Positions 47,309-56,500 of a stretch of DNA of 64,000 nt are shown piece by piece. The position numbers and the translations under genes are program-made. This DNA is from Thermoplasmatota archaeon. GTDB taxonomy: Archaea; Thermoplasmatota; JAKEGO01. Location: assembly GCA_028279595.1 (NCBI GenBank), contig JANQNK010000003.1, positions 192,001-256,000 of the forward strand, in the 5' to 3' direction. A model generated the notes under the pieces. It was not told the origin of the DNA. It did not search any database and saw only the letters and a list, made by a program, of their open reading frames with translations. Numbering within the stretch: the first letter of the stretch is position 1; every line of letters begins with the position of its first letter.

Positions 47309-50300
47309 CTACACCATCGGGCTCACTGTCAGGATGTAACCCTTGATCTCGTTCCCGACCCGGCGGGGGCAGACGTTCGCGTGGAACCTCTTCCTTCCCT
47401 CGGTCATCGCGGCGGTGATCTTGGTAGCGGCCCGCCCCTCCCTGAGGGCGTCCTTCATGGTCTCGATAAACTCGCGCCTCTCCGTGACGAGTCGTTCGAC
47501 CGGGCTCCCGACGATCGCCTCCTCCGGTGCTCCAAGCATCGTCGAGGCCCTCGCGCTCATGTGGAGCACGGTCCTGTCCACGTCGATCACAACGACGCCC
47601 ATCCCGGGCAGTGAATCTATTACGCTCTTGAGGAAGTTGATCCGTCCGGAGAGGTTGTCGCGCTCGGCCCTGTCGCCCGTGGCGTCCGAAAGGTCCCCGT
47701 GCACGCCGATGAGCTTGCCTGACCCGTCGTAGATGGCCTCCAGGTGCTCCGACACGTAGACGGTCCTACCGTCCTTCCGGAGGACCCTGTATTCGTCGTT
47801 GGGCTCGAACTCCTTGAACTTGATCAATTTCAATAGCTTCTTCTTCAGATGATCGGCGTCCTCCGGGTGCACGATCTTCGTAAGGAAGTAGGGTATCCCC
47901 ATCGCCTCGTCGGACTCATATCCGAGGAGCCGTTCAGTATCACCGGTGACCTCCTCCAGCTCCCCGCCCGTGCTCATCCTGAAATGGACGGTCCCCGGCT
48001 CCGCCGCGGCCGCGATCCTCTCCTTGATCGGAGAACCTATGAGGTGCATCGCCTCCGGTCCCCGGACCACGCGCCACTCGACCTGGAGATCGCCGCCCGT
48101 TTTCATGAGTATCGGGAACTCGAACGTGTCGGACGACCCGAGGGCAGTGTCCGCCTCGCCCTTCTTGACCACCGGCACAATGTCGTGCCACATCGTCCCC
48201 TCGATGTCCGACGCTGTGAACCCCGTCGTCTCGAGGAACGCTCCGTTGGCGTGGACTATTCGCCTCTCCTTGGAGACCCGCAGGTAGAGTTCGCTGAGGG
48301 ATTCCATGATCTCGCCGTTCATGGCGATCTCACGCTCCCTGTCCTCCACGGTCGTGTGCATCTCGCCGATCTTCCCCTTGAGTGTCTCTATCTCGGACCG
48401 AAGGTCGTCGCCCTTTCCTGTCGAGTCCGTGACGTCCCTCATGAACCCGAGGATCTGGTCGGAGTCCGGTCCTGCAGGCGTCAATTTCGTCCAGGTGTGG
48501 CCTGGTCCGCCCGCGGGCCGCTCGATACGGAGCGGCAGTTCCCGCGACTCGCCCTTGGCCGCCCTGCCGATGGCCTCCGAGAGGCCGGTCCGGTCCTCCT
48601 CGACCGCGAGCTGGCCGAGCCTCTTGCCCAGTATCTCGTCGACGGGCCTCCCCGTCAATATGGATGCGGCGGCGTTCGCCGATGTGATCTTCCCGGAGCC
48701 GTCGATCGTGAGGATCGGATCGAGCGCGCTCTCGATGAGTCCGTCCCTTTCGGCCATTACCCTATCGATGTCGCCCTCGAGTTCTGTGGCCTTCGATCCG
48801 AGCTCCCTCTCGAGCTCCTTCCGCTCGGTAAGGTCCGCGGTCCGGTCCCTCAGGGTGGTTACCGCCGTGTGGACACCGTCCTCCGTGCTCAGGACAGACC
48901 TCATCGAGGCCGGGATCGACCTCCCGTCGGCACCGATGACGTCCATGGAATAGTCCATCGCACCGTCCGCGAGCAGGGAACCCATTATCTCGGGTATCGC
49001 AGCCCTTCCCTCCTCCGAGATCAGTTCGACGAGCGGCATCCCCCTCAGCTTCCCTGCCTTGTGGCCGAAGAGCGACGCCGCGCCCTCGTTCACCTCGACG
49101 ATGTCCCCCGGGGACCCCTCGTCAGTGACCGTGTGGACTATGACCGCGTCCGGTATCCCGTCCAGCAGCCGTCGGTGATCGGCCTCGGCGGACCGTCGAG
49201 CCGAACGGGCCTCCTCGATATCGACCTCGGCCTGGACCGAACTCGATATGTCGCGGACGAATCCCATCACGGCGGGCCTTCCGTCGTGGAGCGTGGGGGC
49301 GAAGGACATCCTCAGAGGCACGTCCTTCCCGTCCTCGAGCAGTCCCGTGACCATGAATGAGGAACCCTTCCCGCCGGCCTCACCGGCGGAGGAGAGTGCG
49401 TCCCTGACCCTCTCCCGGTCCTCGTCCGCGATAATGTCGGCGACCTCGGAGCCGATGAGGCCATCACGGTCCCTTCCCGTGATCACTGCGAGCTTGTCGT
49501 TGGCGTTGACGAAGACCCCTTCTAATGCCATGTAGGTGCCGTCCTCCGTGGCGTCCCCGACACCGTCGAACATGGTGCTGAACGCCTCGTTCTCGCTCGA
49601 GAGTGATGCCACAGTTCCGTATGTGAACCCCCTGTCCACTGCGATGGATGCGACATCGGACAGGTCGAGCGCGGTCGCCCTCTCCCGGCGTGTGAAATGA
49701 TCGCCCTCCTTCCTGCAGAGGTAGATCGACCCGACAAGGTCCTCACCCTTCATCACGGGCATGACCATGATGAAGCCGACCCCGGCACCGTTCAGGGTCG
49801 TCTCGAATTCGGTTGTGGACCCGTCGGCCGACAGGTCCTTGACCATGAGCTGTCCGAGGTTCACGAGTTCGGTGAGCTGGGCGATCGGCATATCGACGGC
49901 CGTGCCCGGCTCGATGTCGAGCGCACCATCTGGATAGATGCCGTACACCCTTGGCGATCCGTCCTCGACAGTGAGGACGGCCGCATCGCAGTTGGTGAGC
50001 TCCACGAGATGCCCCATGGACCCGGAGATGATGGAATCGTTGTCCGCGGGGGTGATCACCGCCTTCTGCATCGACATGACCGCCCTCAGGACGCCGGTCC
50101 GGGTGTCGAGTTCCTCCGAACCCACGAGCCTGTTGAAGAATATGCCGACGTTCGTCTTCACCGCCGTCAGGAGCACGCCTTCCGGCGGTGCGCCTCCGGT
50201 CACGAGCACGCCGACCATGTCCTTCCCCGAGAAGATCGGCACGTGGGTAAGGTCCCCGTCGGCTATGTCCAGCCCCTCCTCTGGGGCCATCGTGACGGTG

Positions 50301-52918
50301 TCCCTAGTCTCCTTGAGCGTCTTGACGTTCAGGACGTCCTGATGAAGGACGGAGTACTTGTCTGTGGCTCCTTTGGGGAGGGATGAATGGGCGATCAGGT
50401 CGTACCGTTTCGTCTCCGGGTTCCTCATGTAGAACGCCTGCGGACCCTCACCCAGCCACTGGGCAGTCCAGCCGACGAGAGCGTTCCCCGCCTCGCCGGT
50501 GTCCGGAGCGGCGGCAAGCTTGAGCGCCAACTCCTGGAAAGAGCCCATCGCCTCCATCTGGGATGACATGGATGACTCCGTCTCGCTGGCCTTCGCCTCC
50601 AGCTTCGCGGTGTAACCCTCGATCTGCCTCTCCATCTCGATACGCCGCGTGACGTCCCTGGCGACTCCGATCAGGACGGTACCGGCAGGGGTAACACCCT
50701 GTCTCCTCAACCCCTCCACGACGGGATCGGCGACGACGGACTCGAACACCTCCAGCATCCTCTCCCCGTCGGGGGTCTTGACCGTTATGAAAGCCGGCGT
50801 ATCGTCGCTCGCCGGCCTGTCCGTGAAGAGGGTCTTCGCGACCCTGTCCTCCTCCTCGGCTATGATGGTCGAAGCGCTGACCGGCGTGTCGTCCACGCCG
50901 AGCATGCTCTTTCCCGAAGGGGTCAGGTACTGGATGTCCCCCTTGGAGTCCCGGATGTAGACGATGTCAACAAGGGCATCCTCGACCGCGGACATGATGT
51001 CGGTCATCCCGGAGAGCTTCTGAAGGCTCTCCTCGATGGTCCCGGTGGCCTCGGCCTTCTCCTTCTCGGTGGTGCTCCTGAGCTCCTCGATCTCGCCCTC
51101 GAGCTTTCCCGCGTACTCCTTGAGCTTCTTCTGCAACTCCTTCTCGGGCGTGTGGTCGAGCAGGACTGCGGTGACGTTCTTCCCGGTCCTGTACGACGTG
51201 ATCTGAACGGGGACCTTCTGCCCGCCGATCTCGTACTCCGCCACCGTGGAGAACCTTCCCTCCTTGATGAAGTCCCTCAGGACCTTCCTGTCCAGGCCGA
51301 GGGCCTCGGTCAGGCGCATGCCCGTACCGTCGACGCCCGTAAGTTCGGTTGCGCTCTCGGGCCACATGACGACCTCCTCCTCGTTGGCAATTATGAGGGC
51401 AAGGCCGCTCTGGGTCAGCGCGTCGCGATCGCGCATCAGGGACATCGCTTCGGACCGCGTCTTCTCGATCCTGACCTCGAAGTCCGTTATGTCCGTGAAT
51501 GTGAGTATCCTTCCGCCTTCCGTCCTGCCGACCCTCACCTCGTACTGCTTCCCGTCGTGCGAGAACTCGGCGCTATCAGTGCCCTCCTCGACGAGGAGCG
51601 GCGCGAGAGCCTTGGAGAGGTCTGCGATCTTCGATCCCCCCGACACCCCGAACGTCTCTCCGGCCGTCGAGGAGAACGATGTTATCGTTCCATCCACATC
51701 CACGAGCATGACGGGCGTCGGCATGCTCCCGATGGTCGCGGAGAGGTCGGCCATCTCCCGCTCTCCGGTGAGGTCGTACCAGACGAGGTGGAACAGCGCT
51801 CCTCCCTCCGACGTGGTGACCTCCAGCCTGTGAACGGTGCCGGCGAACGGCAGTTCCGCGGTCGCCCTGCCATCCTTCGCCGCGACCTCGAGGACGTCGA
51901 AGACCGCCTGTCTCGAGTCGCCCTCGAGGACCTCGAAGAGTGACCCATGCTTGACACCCACCAGCTTCTCGGCTGCGGGATTCATGAATGCGATCTCGCC
52001 TCCCGTCCGCAGTATCGCCATCGGGTACTCCGCCCTCTCGGCGAGTACCCTGTACGACTCCGAACTCGCCTTCACCCTCGCGTCACGGACCTCCTTCTCC
52101 AGGTATCCGCTGATGACGTCGGCGAGGAGCTCCATGGTGTTCTTCAGGGCCGGCGTGAACGAGTCCGGCTGGAAGGATCCGAATGTGACCGCTCCCTGGA
52201 CCTGGCGTTCGACGATGAGGGGATAGGCTGCGTCGGCCTTCACGCCGTCCTCCATGTGGAGGCTGTCGATGGGAAAGAGGTTCTTCTCCTCCTCCAGGGA
52301 CTGTCTGACGACCGGCTGCCTCGAAGACACCACACCGCTGAGGTGGGTGTAGTTCGGAGGTATGATCAATCCCGCGCGGCTCACCTGCTTGTCCCTTACC
52401 CAGCTGTGGATGACCGAGAACTGGTTGATGTCAGCGCTGTACGTGTAGGTGGTCACTGAATCGATGGCGAGGGAGGAGACCTCGTCGAGGACCTTTCCGA
52501 GGAACTCGTCCATGGACTTGGAGGAAAGGAGATACCGGAATATCGAGAGGTACTCCGATGTCATCGCGGACGCCGGTGTCCCGCTTATGATGACGACCGC
52601 CCCCTCCGTACCGTCCATCCCCTTGAACTCGGTCCATCTTGTGGACATGTCGACGGGGGTCATCCCCCTCCGCTCGATGGGGACCGACAGTTCCGCGACC
52701 CCCTGCTTCCGGAGCTCCTCCGCCACCGCGCGGAGGGTCTCCTCCCGGACCGCCTCGGGGAAGAGGACCTCGAACGGCATGCCGAGCAGCTCCGCAGCGG
52801 TCCATCCGAGACCTCGGACCCGCTCGGTGCAGTACCAGACCGCTCCGTCCTTGTTCAGGATGATCATGATGTCGGGTGTCGCTTCGAGGACTGCCTCGAT
52901 CATGCCCTTTTCGTACAA
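47309..52918 (-). CDS. Giant PAS/GAF array protein with no recognisable kinase or output domain (1869 aa)
   Basis: About 10 or more, partly degenerate, PAS domains, about 3 GAF-like domains and coiled-coil linkers. No H-, N- or G-boxes; ends in a PAS. Confidence 0.8.
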   Translation of the reverse strand: MYEKGMIEAVLEATPDIMIILNKDGAVWYCTERVRGLGWTAAELLGMPFEVLFPEAVREETLRAVAEELRKQGVAELSVPIERRGMTPVDMSTRWTEFKGMDGTEGAVVIISGTPASAMTSEYLSIFRYLLSSKSMDEFLGKVLDEVSSLAIDSVTTYTYSADINQFSVIHSWVRDKQVSRAGLIIPPNYTHLSGVVSSRQPVVRQSLEEEKNLFPIDSLHMEDGVKADAAYPLIVERQVQGAVTFGSFQPDSFTPALKNTMELLADVISGYLEKEVRDARVKASSESYRVLAERAEYPMAILRTGGEIAFMNPAAEKLVGVKHGSLFEVLEGDSRQAVFDVLEVAAKDGRATAELPFAGTVHRLEVTTSEGGALFHLVWYDLTGEREMADLSATIGSMPTPVMLVDVDGTITSFSSTAGETFGVSGGSKIADLSKALAPLLVEEGTDSAEFSHDGKQYEVRVGRTEGGRILTFTDITDFEVRIEKTRSEAMSLMRDRDALTQSGLALIIANEEEVVMWPESATELTGVDGTGMRLTEALGLDRKVLRDFIKEGRFSTVAEYEIGGQKVPVQITSYRTGKNVTAVLLDHTPEKELQKKLKEYAGKLEGEIEELRSTTEKEKAEATGTIEESLQKLSGMTDIMSAVEDALVDIVYIRDSKGDIQYLTPSGKSMLGVDDTPVSASTIIAEEEDRVAKTLFTDRPASDDTPAFITVKTPDGERMLEVFESVVADPVVEGLRRQGVTPAGTVLIGVARDVTRRIEMERQIEGYTAKLEAKASETESSMSSQMEAMGSFQELALKLAAAPDTGEAGNALVGWTAQWLGEGPQAFYMRNPETKRYDLIAHSSLPKGATDKYSVLHQDVLNVKTLKETRDTVTMAPEEGLDIADGDLTHVPIFSGKDMVGVLVTGGAPPEGVLLTAVKTNVGIFFNRLVGSEELDTRTGVLRAVMSMQKAVITPADNDSIISGSMGHLVELTNCDAAVLTVEDGSPRVYGIYPDGALDIEPGTAVDMPIAQLTELVNLGQLMVKDLSADGSTTEFETTLNGAGVGFIMVMPVMKGEDLVGSIYLCRKEGDHFTRRERATALDLSDVASIAVDRGFTYGTVASLSSENEAFSTMFDGVGDATEDGTYMALEGVFVNANDKLAVITGRDRDGLIGSEVADIIADEDRERVRDALSSAGEAGGKGSSFMVTGLLEDGKDVPLRMSFAPTLHDGRPAVMGFVRDISSSVQAEVDIEEARSARRSAEADHRRLLDGIPDAVIVHTVTDEGSPGDIVEVNEGAASLFGHKAGKLRGMPLVELISEEGRAAIPEIMGSLLADGAMDYSMDVIGADGRSIPASMRSVLSTEDGVHTAVTTLRDRTADLTERKELERELGSKATELEGDIDRVMAERDGLIESALDPILTIDGSGKITSANAAASILTGRPVDEILGKRLGQLAVEEDRTGLSEAIGRAAKGESRELPLRIERPAGGPGHTWTKLTPAGPDSDQILGFMRDVTDSTGKGDDLRSEIETLKGKIGEMHTTVEDREREIAMNGEIMESLSELYLRVSKERRIVHANGAFLETTGFTASDIEGTMWHDIVPVVKKGEADTALGSSDTFEFPILMKTGGDLQVEWRVVRGPEAMHLIGSPIKERIAAAAEPGTVHFRMSTGGELEEVTGDTERLLGYESDEAMGIPYFLTKIVHPEDADHLKKKLLKLIKFKEFEPNDEYRVLRKDGRTVYVSEHLEAIYDGSGKLIGVHGDLSDATGDRAERDNLSGRINFLKSVIDSLPGMGVVVIDVDRTVLHMSARASTMLGAPEEAIVGSPVERLVTERREFIETMKDALREGRAATKITAAMTEGRKRFHANVCPRRVGNEIKGYILTVSPMV

Positions 52919-52999
52919 GCGTAATCCCCCTTGCGGGAACGCAATGGCGACGGCATTATAACTTACTTTTGGAACGTGGCGCCGGAACTCCTGGGAGCG

Positions 53000-53113
53000 T
53001 CAGAACCTGGCGATCATCCTCGACCCACACTTCTTGCATCTGGTCATGAACGAGATGTACTCCGTCCATTTCGACCTCTGCCATTGATGGCCGCACCTCA
53101 GGCACTTCACCAC
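53000..53113 (-). CDS. Small zinc-ribbon protein (37 aa, CxxC-18-CxxC); missed by the ORF track
   Basis: GGAGGT RBS then GTG. Translation MVKCLRCGHQWQRSKWTEYISFMTRCKKCGSRMIARF. Confidence 0.65.
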   Translation of the reverse strand: MVKCLRCGHQWQRSKWTEYISFMTRCKKCGSRMIARF

Positions 53114-53174
53114 GGTACCTCCGGTGTCCTTGGATGTCTGATGAGATAGATAAACCATTCACTGCGAGGGCCGA

Positions 53175-54638
53175 TCAACGGACGAAGGACTCGTGCATCC
53201 ACCTGTTCTCGATCCTCGAGTAGTAGACGTAGGTCCCCGCGAGGATGTAGATTGCTATGCCCATGAGCATGAACTGGACCAGGTCCTGGTACTCGTCCCT
53301 GCCGAGCACTCCGTACAGCGCGGCAGCCATGCTGAGCGGCAGCGCGCCGAGGACGGTGAACAGTGCCAGGAACTTCGGCTCGAGGAGCATCTCCGCCGTC
53401 CGGAATCCCGTGAGGTAGGCCATGACCACACCCATGAAGACGGACCCTATCAGGACTATCGGAAGGGCGACGAACATCGCCATGGCGTCGACGAAGAGGA
53501 GCCCGATGCCCACGGCCATGAGGACCGAGACCAGTGCGGACATCATGAAGTGTAGCTTGAGCTTCGCCCTGATCACGTCCGCCGGGGAGATGGGCAGGAC
53601 CTGGTAGCTGTTGAGGTAGTCCGAACCCGAGATCATGTAGTAGATGAGCATCCCGAAGAAGCCCATCGTCAGTGCGTAGAACTCCGGTCCGAAGGCGAGC
53701 TCGTCGGAGATCGTGTCGGACAGGATCTTGATCATGAACAGGGCGCCCATGGGCATGACGAAGGTGAATGCGATCTTAGCCGTGCCGCCGGAGCGCTTCA
53801 TGTCGAGGAACTCCTTCGCCACGAGGAGGCTGTCGAACCCTGTGAACGAGAACCGCTCCTCCGTCCTGTCGAGTATGCTCTCCGCCGTGTGCTCCTTGGA
53901 CTCCCACTTCTCCTTGGAGAACGCGATGGCCATCGCGGAAAAGGCCATGATGGCCGAGAAGCTCATCATGCCGAGGGCGAACGCCGTTCCGATATCGGCT
54001 CCGGAATACTTCAGGAGGTTGAGCCCGACCGGAGGCACTATCCACTTGACCGGGATGTCGGCCAGGACCGCCAGGACCACGAGGGCGCCGAGGGAGCCGA
54101 TGAGTGCCGACCCGAGCCCCTTTGACCTGATGTAGGCCATTGATATAGCGAAGGCGAGGGCGAATCCCAGGGTGAACGTCAGGAACATGCAGCCTGCGAG
54201 AACAGCGACCCCGATCACGGTGAAGTCCGTCATGGGAAGCGCCGCAGCCCCGAGGAGGCCTATAGATATCGGTGCCAGGATGATCGTGCTGTAGAAGAGG
54301 ATGTCCTTCACGTAGATCAGGAAGTAGATCCTCTTCACCTCGATGGGGAGGTAGGGCTGTTGCGCCACCAGGAGCTTGATGTCGCCGAAGCGCTTCTCGG
54401 CGATCTCCGGTGCCATGAAGGCGAACCCGCCGAGGATGAGCCCCGTCATCATGACGCTCATCTGGAGGAGGAGAACCATCTGCCTGACGTCCATCTCGGG
54501 GACGAGCGTTCCCTGGAGGACCCCGCCGAAGAAAACTCCGATGAGGATCAGCACGGGAAGGAGGATGAAGTTCTGGCCGCCAATGGCTATGTGCATCCTG
54601 TACTCTTCCTTCCACAGTGTCCTCAGGAGCTCCGCCAG
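53175..54638 (-). CDS. ABC transporter permease (multi-TM); probable CTG start at 54638 (first ATG 54596)
   Basis: About 12 TM segments, AKEFLDMKRS motif, follows the ABC ATPase. In-frame extension LAELLRTLWKEEYRMH. Confidence 0.78.
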   Translation of the reverse strand: MAELLRTLWKEEYRMHIAIGGQNFILLPVLILIGVFFGGVLQGTLVPEMDVRQMVLLLQMSVMMTGLILGGFAFMAPEIAEKRFGDIKLLVAQQPYLPIEVKRIYFLIYVKDILFYSTIILAPISIGLLGAAALPMTDFTVIGVAVLAGCMFLTFTLGFALAFAISMAYIRSKGLGSALIGSLGALVVLAVLADIPVKWIVPPVGLNLLKYSGADIGTAFALGMMSFSAIMAFSAMAIAFSKEKWESKEHTAESILDRTEERFSFTGFDSLLVAKEFLDMKRSGGTAKIAFTFVMPMGALFMIKILSDTISDELAFGPEFYALTMGFFGMLIYYMISGSDYLNSYQVLPISPADVIRAKLKLHFMMSALVSVLMAVGIGLLFVDAMAMFVALPIVLIGSVFMGVVMAYLTGFRTAEMLLEPKFLALFTVLGALPLSMAAALYGVLGRDEYQDLVQFMLMGIAIYILAGTYVYYSRIENRWMHESFVR

Positions 54639-54642
54639 ACCA

Positions 54643-55395
54643 TCACCCCTCGTAATCGAAACCGTCCATGTAATACTGGTCCGCGCCGCCGACGAGCCTC
54701 ATGAAGATCTGCTCGAGGTTCTCGTTCGGTCGGCTCCTGAGCTGGGACATCGTCCCCTCTCCGATCATGACACCCCTGTTGATGATCGCAAGCCTGTCGC
54801 AGAGCTTCTCGGCGATCTCCAGGATATGGGTGTTCATGAAGATGGTGCCTCCCCTCTGGATGTAGTTGGCCAGGTAGGCCCGCACCTTCCTCTGGAAGAT
54901 CGGGTCGAGGTTGATGAAGGGTTCGTCGAGGAAGACGAGCGAGGTCTCGGGCATCAGCGTCGCCGCGAGCATGACCTTCTGCCTCATCCCCTTTGACAGG
55001 TCCTTGCAGAGCGTCTCCCGCTTCTCCTCGATCTTGAAGAAGTCGATCCACTCGCCGATCTTACCCTCGAAGTTCTCCATTTCCCTTATGCGGGCGACGA
55101 AGTAGAGGTACTCCTCGACGGTGAGGAAGCTGGGAGGCGACTCCGTCTCCGGCATTATCGCGATCTCCTTCTTGACCTTGAAGGGGTCCTGCATGACGTT
55201 GAAGTTGAAGATGAACGCGTTCCCGGAGGTCGGGGCGATCTGGCTGGTGAGGATCTTCAGGAGCGTGGTCTTGCCCGCACCGTTCGGTCCGCACAGGCCG
55301 TAGAAGGAGCCCTGGGGGATCGACATGCTAACCCCGGAGAGGGCGGTGAAGTCCCCGAACTGCTTGACGATGTTCTCCGCGACTATGACCTTCAT
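54643..55395 (-). CDS. ABC transporter ATP-binding protein (exporter type)
   Basis: Walker A GPNGAGKT, signature LSKGM, Walker B FLDEP, H-loop NTH. Confidence 0.93.
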   Translation of the reverse strand: MKVIVAENIVKQFGDFTALSGVSMSIPQGSFYGLCGPNGAGKTTLLKILTSQIAPTSGNAFIFNFNVMQDPFKVKKEIAIMPETESPPSFLTVEEYLYFVARIREMENFEGKIGEWIDFFKIEEKRETLCKDLSKGMRQKVMLAATLMPETSLVFLDEPFINLDPIFQRKVRAYLANYIQRGGTIFMNTHILEIAEKLCDRLAIINRGVMIGEGTMSQLRSRPNENLEQIFMRLVGGADQYYMDGFDYEG

Positions 55396-55462
55396 GAGGG
55401 GACATCACGGGTACTTTATATAAAAATACTTTTAGAAACCCTTCCCGTTCTCCGAAGTCGGC

Positions 55463-56377
55463 TCATCCCTTCCCCTTTCGTTTCTGGGTACCTCTCTTCG
55501 ATCTGGTCCCAGACGGGGGATACCTGGTCGTCGTCATCCCGGCCGACCTGTACACAAGGTAGAAGCCGATGATCGAGATGACGGACCCAGCCACCAGCTG
55601 CCAGATTGGCGGTACATCCCCATGGTCGAACAGGAGCATTGCGTTCCCGATCGACAGGACCACCGCTGAACACCCGATCCTCCGCCGAACCCTGTATGCT
55701 CGACGGGTGGCGGCCTTTCCCTCTTTCACGGCAACGATGATGATCGCGTGCAGGACGAGGATCGCGCTCAGCAGTTCTATGAGCTCCTCGGAGAGCACCG
55801 AGCCCCCCTCCGTGAGGTCCATCACCTCGCCCCCGGCCAGGATGATCAGTCCCAGGGTGAGTATGATGGCGGCCGTCCTGTGTCTGACGACCGCACGCCA
55901 CAGGAGGGGAAGGAAGAGCAGGAGGAACGGGATGGCGAACATGAGGGTACCGGCGAACGATTCCCTGAGCCACAGGTCCCAGTTGTTCTCCATGAAAAGC
56001 ATCAGCACCGCGCTCACGAAGACCCCTGAAGGCACGATCTTCGGCATGAGCTCGTCAGCCCAGCCTGCCGGTGAGATGACGATCCCTTCCCGTCCACGCG
56101 CGTCCACCCACATTGGAACGCACAAGGCCACGATCAGGATGTAACAGATCCTCGTAACTATCTCGGGCGGCATGTACTCGCCCTCGATCCCCAGGTCGTT
56201 TAGCCCGGACACGTTGGCGGCGAGGGCGTAGACGAAGACCAGGAACAGGCTTACCGAGAGGTAGTAGACGACTGACATCTCGGACGGTCCCAGCAGTGGT
56301 TTTCGCTTTGGCTCGGGCCTTCTCCTCGACATGCTCCCCCGGAATCGTATGCATGGGGCAGTGAAAAGGTTATCCAT
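55463..56377 (-). CDS. Hypothetical integral membrane protein (~8 TM)
   Basis: Repeated hydrophobic segments. True start may be the internal MSRRRPEPK. Confidence 0.65.
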   Translation of the reverse strand: MDNLFTAPCIRFRGSMSRRRPEPKRKPLLGPSEMSVVYYLSVSLFLVFVYALAANVSGLNDLGIEGEYMPPEIVTRICYILIVALCVPMWVDARGREGIVISPAGWADELMPKIVPSGVFVSAVLMLFMENNWDLWLRESFAGTLMFAIPFLLLFLPLLWRAVVRHRTAAIILTLGLIILAGGEVMDLTEGGSVLSEELIELLSAILVLHAIIIVAVKEGKAATRRAYRVRRRIGCSAVVLSIGNAMLLFDHGDVPPIWQLVAGSVISIIGFYLVYRSAGMTTTRYPPSGTRSKRGTQKRKGKG

Positions 56378-56392
56378 CAGCCATTTCTAAAC

Positions 56393-56500
56393 TATTAAAT
56401 ATCCAGGCGTCGATTGACATGTCGTTCCGGGACCCCGCCTGGGTGCGAGGTGCCCCAGGGCTATCGCCGTACGGGGTCCGGACCGATGCAGGTGACGAAA
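56393..56500 (+). promoter_or_regulatory. TATA box, structured 5' leader and RBS of the giant surface protein gene
   Basis: TATTAAATA (56393-56401). Stems TCCGGGACCCCG/CGGGGTCCGGA and CCTGGG/CCCAGG. AGGTGA at 56490-56495. Confidence 0.5.

Noticed and set aside
15640-52918. Chemotaxis locus
   Set aside because: No CheA, CheW, CheB, CheR, MCP or archaellum genes recognisable.
53000-53113. RNA polymerase subunit Rpo12 (P)
   Set aside because: The zinc knuckles are similar, but the basic C-terminal tail and the usual rpl37ae gene context are missing, so it is kept as a generic zinc ribbon.
6187-56400. Numerous plus-strand and alternate-frame ORFs (e.g. 11737..13251, 25407..26558, 47849..49360)
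   Set aside because: Shadow ORFs caused by GC3-rich codon usage of the real minus-strand genes; no motifs.
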